From Octopus vulgaris (Eukaryota), in assembly GCA_951406725.2 (NCBI GenBank), contig OX597818.1, positions 66,464,001-66,528,000 on the forward strand: DNA of 64,000 nucleotides. The letters run 5' to 3'. Under the pieces are notes generated by a model. That model had not been told where the DNA came from. It saw only the letters and a list, made by a program, of their open reading frames with translations, and did not search any database. Made by a program: the position numbers and the translations under genes. Positions within the stretch are counted from its first letter, which is position 1, and each line of letters opens with the position of its first letter. Shown one piece after another: positions 54,804 to 64,000 of the stretch.

Positions 54804-57800
54804 TTGGAAACTAAAAGGAAAACTAAATCAGTATACCAAATCGCTTGTCCTATGGTTAATCTGGAAGCGCGTCCCCCAGGGAAGAGTCAGCCTGGGATCG
54901 AAAAGTCATCAACTGGCACAAACTCTTCTCCGAATACGGACATGGATGGTCACTTGAACGGGAAATCCCCCAACTCGAGCCCTCCAAGTTCACCACCACA
55001 ACCACCACAGAAAGAAAAATGTAAGCGAGAAGTAATATACGCTTATTACTATGCATTAGGTAGGCCATCTCAAGAGAGACACACCGCAAACTCTTACAGT
55101 ATATGGAGAACACGGAATCAAGGCAGTAGGCCCTATTTGGACGAGAACAAATTAGCAAATGTGAGGAGGGATATCCTTAGAAATAACAGACGCACAGACA
55201 GTGAAATAAGCGCGATCAAGCACGCAACGGAAAATGACATAAATATAAGACACAAAGGAAATGAAGAATCAGATGAACAGTATAGCCCGCCACGAGGCTT
55301 AATTGAAAGACTGCCATCTGACCAAAGTACGCAAAGGCCTGAATATACAAGAAATTCTATTGTACCTGTTAAAGATAGCCAGGAAAACGAAAAAACAACA
55401 GTAACTGAAGATCTCGCATTTACTGAAGAACACTGAGAGTCTATGGCAGAAATGAGGCAGAAAATCCTGAATACGCTTGAAGTTGTAAGACATACAATTA
55501 TGAATGATAGAGAACCACTTCATAAACTCTCAAATACAAACCAAAATAAAAAACAAATCCAAATTGGCAACTATGTAACAAATGAAATAATACGAGAATT
55601 AAAACCTGATTTTACTGAGTTAAATGAAATTATTTACGCTTCTGCTAGGGCAATTGAAACCAGCTGTATGCCCCCGAAAAAACAAAGTAAACAAAACCTG
55701 GGAAGAAATGAAACCTGGAGAAGTAAAATTGAAAAAGAGATTGAATTTATGAGAGGGGAAATATCAATATTAAATGAACTAATATGTGGAAATGATGTAA
55801 GATCCAGAACAGGAAGAAAGATGAAGAGAAAATTTGGATCCTCACCAAGGGAAGAACTGATATCAATAAAAGAAACGCTGAAACAAAAAGTCCAATCAAA
55901 AGTCCAAAGAATACGAAGATTTGAGAAGAGAAACAAGTTTTACAAGCAAAATAAGCTGTTCACATCCAATGCCAAAAAATTCTACAGAGAAATAGGGAAG
56001 GAGAAAGTAACCGTTAAAGACCCCCCTCCCATGGAAGAAGTTCAAAACTTTTGGAATAGGATTTGGAGTGACAAGAAGACGTACAACATAAATGCAGACT
56101 GGATTATACAAACAGAAGGATCCTACCAAAATTTACAACAACAAGCATGGGAAGACATCACAATAGCAGACCTAAGAAAGACACTCACGAAGGCCCATAA
56201 TTGGAAATCCCCCGGTAAAGATAGGGTGCCGAATTTCTGGCTCGCATCGCTCCCATGCGCACACGGTAAGCTAGTTCAGCTGCTCAATGGAATTATGAGA
56301 GACCCAAAGAAAACACCTGAATGGTTAGCAAGTGGCATTACTTACCTACTCCCAAAGAATAACGAAACCAACCTTCCAAAAAACTATCGGCCTATAACCT
56401 GTCTATCCACCACGTATAAAATCCTAACATCTATCCTGGCGGAGAAAACATATGCATTCATGGAAAAGAACGATATTTTCCCCATTGAACAAAAAGGGTG
56501 CCGCCCGGGCTCATATGGATGCAAAGATCAACTGCTAATTAATCGTATGATCCTTGAGAACTGTCACAACAAGCGCAGAAATCTCAGCACCGCATGGATT
56601 GATTATAAAAAGGCTTTCGACAGTATACCGCATCCATGGATCTTGAGATCGCTGGACATGTTCAAAATTTCCCCTGTGATTTCAAACTTCCTGAAGCACA
56701 ATATGTCGTTGTGGAATACGAATCTCCAATTATACCACTCTAATGGAGTACTTGCCTCAGAAAATATAAACATCAACTGTGGAATTTTTCAAGGTGACTC
56801 ACTTTCACCTTTAATATTCTGCATAGCCTTAATACCCCTTACAAGTGGATTAAACAGAACAGGGTATGGGTATAAAATTGCCAATAAAAAAATAAGCCAT
56901 CTATTTTATATGGATTACTTAAAACTTTATGGTAAAGACAATAATGAACTTGAAGGCCTATTGCGCACCGTGAAAGCATTCAGCGATGACATCGGGATGG
57001 AGTTTGGACTTGAGAAGTGTGCCAAGGCCACTTTCCAGAAAGGGAAAGTGAAGACCACAAATTCACTCGTGTTAGATGTTGACACAGTCATAAGAGAGCT
57101 TGAGCAAGAACAAACATACAAATATTTAGGGATAAATGAAGGCTCTGGTATTCAGCATGCAAGGATGAAAGAGAAGATCAGGAAGGAATGTTATAGGAGA
57201 GTTCGTGCAGTCCTGAAATCTGAACTAAGTGCACGTAACAAGGTGTTAGCTATAAATTCCTTAGCAGTTCCAGTTGTTACTTATAGCTACAATGTGTTGA
57301 ACTGAAATATGAGTGAAGTAAAGAATATAGATAGGAAAATACGCAAGCTGCTGAGTTGTAATAGGATGCACCACCCAAAGGCAGACGTAGATCGCCTTTA
57401 CCTTCCCAGAGCCCAAGGAGGTCGAGGCCTGATCCAATTTGAACTAGCTTACAAAACAACCACAATTGGACTGGCCAAATATCTCGAAATATCGAATGAC
57501 TGGATGCTAAAGCTCGTGGAAAATCACGAGAGACGAAAGAAGCTTCATTCTATTATAAAGGAAAGCAAGGAATTTGCTATTGATCTCGTGCAGGATACCC
57601 AAACTAAACAACCCGAGGGAAGTACGGCAACTATTGTTGCAAAGAAGGTGACAATGATGGCAACGAAAAAAGCGCACGAGCAATTAGCGAGCTGGCAGAA
57701 ACGTTAGCACGCCGGGCGAAATGCGTAGCCGTATTTTGTCTGCCGTTACGTTCTGAGTTCAAATTCCGCCGAGGTCGACTTTGCCTTTCATCCTTTCGGG

Positions 57801-58680
57801 GTCGATTAAATAAGTACCAGTTTCGCACTGGGGTCGATATAATCGACTTAATCTGTTTGTTTGTCCTTTCTGGGTTTAGCCCCTTGTGGGTAGTAAAGAA
57901 ACAATTGGCTGATAGGTGGGAGGAGAAACCTCTGCACGGCAAATATGTGACCCGCAGCAAACAAGCTGATGTTGACCAGAAGCAAACCCATCAGTGGCTA
58001 CGGGGCTCAGGGCTAAAAGCAGAGAGCGAAGGTTTCATCCTGGCTGCTCAATATCAAAGCCTATTAACCCGGAACTACCAGGCCAATGTGATGAAAAATG
58101 GAGCAGACCCAAAATGCCGATTCTGCAACGACATGATTGAAACAGTGGACCACCTAATCTCTGGATGTAAAGTCTTAGCACCAGTGGAGTATAAATTAAG
58201 ACATGACAGAGTTGGCCAATATCTCCACTGGCTAATATGTCGGCATTACAGTATCAAAACTGCCGACAAGTGGTATAATCACCTCCCTGAGGCTGTAACT
58301 GAAGGAGAAAATGTAACCATTCTGTGGGACTTTCCAGTACATACAGACCGAACCATCAAGGCCAATAAACCAGATATTGTTGTGAAAGACCAAAACAATA
58401 AAGTTTGCTTATTGATCGACATGAGCATCCCCTGTGATCATAATATCTCAGCGAAAGAGTTTGACAAGCTCAGAAAATATAAAGACCTACTCATTGAAAT
58501 TGAGAAAATGTGGCATCTCAAGGCGGTTACAATACCAGTGATCGTAGGAGCACTAGGAATGATCAAGAAGGGAACCGAAAATTATATGAGAATGATCCCT
58601 GGCTTACCATCCCTGCAAGAAGTGCAAAGATTGTCTTAACTGGTACATCACACGTATTGAGAAGAGCATTGTCGATGTGA
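54804..58680 (+). pseudogene. RT + CCHC + restriction-like endonuclease polyprotein
   Basis: NYRPITCL, IDYKKAFD, QGDSLSP, YMDY (for YMDD), CRFC..ETVDHLISGC..RHD, KPDIVV..IDMSIP..KY; TGA at 55434 and 57303, SINE insertion, frameshift near 58630. Confidence 0.92.
57686..57901 (+). mobile_element. SINE family B inserted in the Dong ORF
   Basis: TSD caatt at 57681-57685 and 57902-57906; removing the SINE and one TSD restores AHEQLADRW. Confidence 0.92.
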
Positions 58681-58854
58681 GAACTGTTGCTGCTCAAGTA
58701 TTTTAATTTAACTTAACAAAAAGAAAAAAAAAAATGAACGAACTATTGAGTTTGGTTTAATGGCCTACCAATGTATACTATGAGTTTCTTTGCCCTAGGA
58801 GTCGGGAAGACACTCGGCAAGAAATGGAAGCAAATTTGAAAGAAGAAAAAAAAA

Positions 58855-58856
<2 letters not shown>

Positions 58857-58913
<57 letters not shown>
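58857..58913. repeat. (TAA)n microsatellite
   Basis: Direct reading. Confidence 0.95.
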
Positions 58914-58914
<1 letters not shown>

Positions 58915-58915
<1 letters not shown>

Positions 58916-59055
58916 CATCGAAACATACCTTAGGAATGAGAACCCATGTTCGAAAATTCCCCAAGACACCTGATGAAGGCTGGAGTATATATCAACCGAA
59001 ACGTTGTGTTAACAACAAAGTAGATGAGGACAAATATCCGTAAATGTAAATAAAG
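58915..59055 (+). mobile_element. HHR-bearing short element, copy 4 (HHR 58965-59010, intact CTGATGA/GAAA)
   Basis: Matches 3011-3160; begins catcgaaa after (TAA)n. Confidence 0.88.
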
Positions 59056-59209
59056 TATATCAGAGGATGTTTAACAAGGAAAACAGTTTTTGTGGAAGAT
59101 GCAAAAGTAGAATTAACACTAAAGATATACAGAAAACAAAATCCATCAAATCCAAGGCAGTTGCAGTGACGTATGCACCGAGAGCGTATCTGCTAGAATA
59201 AGAATAGGT

Positions 59210-59990
59210 TGGTCAAACTTCTGCCTGTCCCTCAGAGTGAGCGAAACATTGCATGATGCCTATGCGCAACAATGCTCCAAGGCAGTGAAACATGGGCTGT
59301 GACGGCCGAGGGCATGCGGAGGCTTGACAGAAATGGACCTGCTATGCTTTGCTGGCTGTGCGATGTCAGTGTGTTTCCGAGACAAAGTATAAGCGACTGG
59401 AGAGAAACGTGGGGAATAAAATGTATCAGATTTGATGTGCAAAAGAGACGACTGCGCTGGTATGGTCGTGTGATTCGTATAGAGGGAACTTGTGGAAGAG
59501 GTACAGCCAATAAGACATGAAACGAGGTGTTGAAGAATGATCTTCGAACGCTGGGCCTCACAGAGTCAATGGCAAGTTTGCGTTATGCTGTGCTTAAAAA
59601 TACATCTCAAGCCAAGTGAAATCGTATCGTGGCCAATGGAAGTGTCATGTTGCTGGCACGTAAAAAGGCACCCTTCGAACGCTAACAGATATGGGATCGT
59701 AGCTGTAAACGATGCTGTCGTTAGAGAATTGGCACTATATTGGTAATATACACCCGGCACAGTCTTGGAGTGGTTGGTCTTAGGAAGAGCAACCTGCAGT
59801 AGAAACCATGCCAAACAAGATTGGAACCCGATGCTGCTCCCCAGCTAACGAGTGTACAGTCAACATGTCCAACCCATGACAGCATAGAGAATGTAGTTAA
59901 ATGAGGATAATGATGATGAAGAAGAAGATGATGATAACGATGATGCTGATAATGACGACGACGATTATGGTGATACTGATGATGATGATG
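59210..59990 (+). mobile_element. RTE-clade LINE 3' fragment with (GAT)n-like tail
   Basis: MLQGSETWAVT..MRRL..MLCWLC..KRRLRWYGRV..GRG..KT*NEVLKNDL is typical of the RTE C-terminus. Confidence 0.85.
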
Positions 59991-59994
59991 TATA

Positions 59995-60120
59995 TGTCGT
60001 CTTTAAGTTTCCGCCTACAAAATCCATTCACAAGGCCTTAGCTGGCACGATGCTATAGTCGGAGACTCCTGTTGAGGTGCTACGTGCGGGAATGAACCCG
60101 AAATCCAGTGGTTTTGAAGC
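59995..60120 (-). mobile_element. SINE family A 5' half, diverged
   Basis: gtttccgcctacaaaatccattcacaagg...gaacccgaaa. Confidence 0.6.
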
Positions 60121-61994
60121 AATGTAGGAGAGCTTCAATAATTAATGTGAATATCATTTCTGTTAAGAGAGTCACACCATGACACATTATGCTAGATAGC
60201 GAACTGTTCTTTTTAAATTCTACGCTTGTATTCAATATCATGTCCTCCTCGTAATCAATACCTTCCTTTGCGATTAAAGTATTTTACTAATTACGATGAA
60301 AACATAATGCATTGTATTGCCATAAAAACGTGTTAGCGACAGAGATTAGGGCTAAATTTCAAGTAAGCTTTGCTATATAATGGCTGTCATCTAATTTGCA
60401 AATTCGCAAAGAATTAATGGTAGTGAGCGGCGAGTAATTACATAAAATAACTCTCCCCTGTTATAATTACCTTCCTCCAATAAATGACATGTTGTGTTCT
60501 GGACATGGACACTGCACAACCCCAACGAAATACACAGGAACTTCTCATATTTTTGCGCAATTAACAATAGTCTTTCGATTCATTAATATGCAGATCCATA
60601 CACACTATATTAATTACTCACACTATTGATTATTTTTAAATATATAGCCCTCTGGCGGTATATGCTGATACACTTTTATTTTTTTTTCATTTGATGCTAT
60701 ACAATTGATTATTACACTATTGAAATCTGTCATCAATTTTAAAATATCGATTATTAAGCAAGTCACGTTAAGGAGGAACTAATCGCTAGCAAATTGCAAG
60801 GCATAATCTAGCTTATTGAGGAAGTATCAACAATCAGAGCTTTCTGTCATGTATTTTCAATTAGTTAATGCTTTAGCTCATACAAAAATGGTTAACTCTT
60901 TCCATCAAATAGACTTTTGTTAAAATTTTTCACACTTTTCAAAATTAAAAAATAAAACACTTTTAGTTTTTTTTTTTTGTCGAAATTCAAAGCCTCATTT
61001 GTCTGAAAGTCAATTTCGATAAAGATGTAGTTTACTGCGTTTCTATCTTTCGTTATTTGTCTCATCTTTTTGGGTTTTCATTTTTCTCTTTTCTTCCATT
61101 TTTTGTTTCCTTAAAAAGATTCATATTTGTCAATCTTTTAATCTTTCAATCACATTACTTCTCTGAAAAAATCAGAACGAAATCCATGCATCTTGGATTA
61201 TTCACCATGATATCACATTTCTCATCGCCCCCTGGTTGATTGTGAGAAATTCATAGCATTTGGGCGTTTCAATAACTAATTTTGATATGAGTAAATCCTA
61301 TTTATCCACTTTATTATGGTTTACCTAATTCTAAATGTATTTCCATAACGTTAACTTTATGATTAGAAAAATCACAATTGCAGAGAGACCCATGTAATAA
61401 TTGACAACCTATATTTCGATTTAATTTATTGACCCTCGCTTATGTATAAGTACCTATAATTGTCGAAGCTCTAATAGATTTTTTCTTACTTTGTGGAATA
61501 TATTATTGTGTGTATTTCATTTTTGGATTTGGTTTGCAAGATTCGTTCTGTGAGTTCGTGTGTTGAAGCATATTTTGGTGAAGCATGACTCTCTCCACAC
61601 ACAACAAACTATTGTGTATAGAATTACTAAAAACGAAAGCAACGGCATTTCAAAGCAGTTGATAGCTGATCATGCACACATTTGCGCATTTCCACATATT
61701 GTTTTTAAAAAAATCTTATATATTTTATATAACATAAAAAGGAAACGTAGCATATAGATGTGGCTTTCCTCTCCGGTAGACAAGTTCGAATTTTAAACAC
61801 CCGACATACGAGAGAAACAATAGCATTTAGCAAAGACGCTAAATCATATCGTATATGTATTGCTGATATCTTTCGGTTCAGATACACCCTTAAAGATTAG
61901 ACCTATGTTTAAAAATTACCAGCCATAAAAATGCTGTCAATATTTCCGGAAAGATTGTTTCACCATAAATCGTGTATATATATATATATATATA

Positions 61995-62120
61995 TACGAC
62001 GAACTTCTTTCAGTTTCCGTCTACCAAATCCACTCTCGCAAGATGCCACGGAGTGAGACTGAACCCGGAACCATGTGGGTGCGGAGCAAGCTTCTTACCA
62101 CACAGCCACTTCTACGCCTA
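61995..62120 (-). mobile_element. SINE family A 5' half with internal deletion
   Basis: ttctttcagtttccgtctaccaaatccactc...ttaccacacagccact. Confidence 0.85.
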
Positions 62121-63674
62121 TATATATAGCAAATAAGTAACACTGATGTCCAGGTATCAGTATATCAGTGGTTTCAAGCGGCTCCTTGTAATAGGGTTTC
62201 TGCAAATATTACCCTCCTCCCCGGAAGCATACTAGATGTTAGATCCCCCCACACAGGGTACTCCTTTATAATTTTTCTAGCAGATTAAAATAATTACATT
62301 TCTTCTTTTTGTTAATATTGTAGGAGAATGACATTTAGAAAAAGATACCTAAAACTTACTGCAATTTAGAGTGGCAGAAGAAAATAACAGGTGTTAAGAA
62401 AGAGGAATGGTGATATAGCTACATCCAACTTTATCCTTATCGCGTTCAAAAGACACAATCCAGCAAGCAGTCTACATTCACTTAGCGTTAAAACCATTGT
62501 GCATTGATAGTTAAGTTCTTGTTGTTGGCGGTAAATGGGTGACTATAAAATCTGCCATATCTATATACAAGAATATGTCTAAGGGGATTGTAGGAAGGTA
62601 ATGAAATACAGAAACGAGAAAGTAATCAGAAGGAGGAATAGCTTGGGTCGCTTAACACGATTATCATCTAAAAGGGGACAAAATGGGAAACAAAGGAGGT
62701 CAGAATGTTATCCAATTGTGGGGATTAAGCGTACGACAAGATACATTTTCATCGAAGCTTAGCGGAATTTATATATTGAAACATTAAAATTTAGAATAGG
62801 ATTTAATGACCAAGTAAGTGAAGTGGAATAGCTAAAGCAAAATAAGACATAAAAGTGGGGTACTTTTATATGAAATAGAAACCTCATATTCCTTTGTTTC
62901 TTTCTAGCATAATGTTAAAGTGGTCCTGATAAAACTATTCAAAAATGAATTCAGTTATCATCCAAGTAGGGGTACACCTTTTCTACTGAATCAAAATCAA
63001 AGAATAAGGGCTAAAAATATAATATAAACATTTCTATAACAGATAAACTAATTTAAAAGCCTTGGAAAAATATATTCATATAAAAGATAACATTATAAAA
63101 AAAAAAACTGAAAGTTTAAAAAAATACCACATATATATAATAGAACACACATACACACACACGTATATATAGTGTAGTTATAAACTATAAATTCAAATAA
63201 AAAAATATAAATACAATATTGTAATGTTTTATAGCATGATTACTATAGTGAGAAGATACAAACTCCTACACAATCTATAGAGATTACACCAGTATTATAT
63301 GAGGGTTTAGAGATACACAACCAAAAAAAACACAATAATATGATATAAGATACAAGATATATAAGATATATTTATAAAATGTAAACTAGTAATAAAGATA
63401 GAAATACTATTTTTTCTAATGCCATAAAATATATACCGAATATAAAAAGGGATAAAATATAAAAAAATAAGCATAAATCAAGGTATACATAAAAAAAACT
63501 AATAAAAAATTAAATAAAAGGAGATAAATATACACTGGAAATGGTGTTATAAAACATTTTGTAAGATATAATATTACATACTCAGATATATGTAGAATCA
63601 TCACAGTTCCTAGGTGGTATATATCATACTTAAGGAAGGCGTAAGATCTGGGAATGCAGCTTAAACATCTTTTT

Positions 63675-64000
63675 TATATATCTAGTTTCAGCTCACGAGC
63701 TGTAGCCATGCTGGGGCACCGCCATTTGGTATTGCTACATAATTTTACTTCACGAATGCTTGTTAGAAATTGACATTTAGTGCATGAGGGCGTTTGATGC
63801 AGCTGTCCTCCTCTGCACTTCCCGCCGTGATGTTGGTTCATCTGGGACACTTGACAGTAAGAGGTCCAGTTTTATTTTGAAGACCTCTACATAAACTCCA
63901 TGCAGGTCTCTCAGGTCCTTCGGGATGACATTGGAGAACTGTGGACCTCTGAAGCCCAGGCTATTGCAATATCTTGTTCTACACCTTGATGGCAAATTGG
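63675..64000 (-). mobile_element. CR1-type LINE 3' end (continues beyond the window)
   Basis: FRGPQFSNVIPKDLR..FKIKLDLLLSSVPDEP..AASNAL; 3' UTR ggcggtgccccagcatggctacagctcgtgagctgaaactag. Confidence 0.8.

Larger units (their letters stand above)
54690..58856 (+). mobile_element. Near full-length R4/Dong-clade non-LTR retrotransposon
   Basis: Single long RT-ZnF-RLE reading frame, AAT-type repeats at both ends, ~175-bp 3' UTR. Confidence 0.92.

Noticed and set aside
62130-62260. cactgat/atcagtg hairpin next to GAAAC on the minus strand
   Set aside because: No CUGANGA box in a compatible position

Overview
AT-rich, microsatellite-dense eukaryotic DNA with no recognisable host exon. The composition and SINE repertoire suggest a coleoid cephalopod, probably Octopus (inference). 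Most track ORFs (poly-IY, poly-I) are artefacts of (TA)n/(AAT)n repeats, and all real coding signal is transposon-derived. That includes two R4/Dong-type RLE LINEs in (TAA)n tracts plus older fragments, and a 5'-truncated Penelope-like element (PLE; RT + GIY-YIG, CxCx5C linker) in (TA)n plus several decayed PLEs. It also includes DD37D and DD34D Tc1/mariner relics, RTE and CR1-type 3' ends, and three tRNA-derived SINE families. Four observations stand out. (i) Hammerhead-ribozyme (HHR) motifs are dense: a four-copy short element always joined to (AAT)n, a canonical HHR at the 3' end of the PLE, and an HHR-bearing fold-back. (ii) A 2.2-kb ORF1-only (HAL1-like) retroelement with a 15-bp TSD interrupts a SINE. 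(iii) SINEs show modular head/tail shuffling, and one dimer inserted as a unit. (iv) The commonest SINE shares its 3' tail with a CR1-type LINE. Boundaries were read by eye; ends of decayed elements are approximate.
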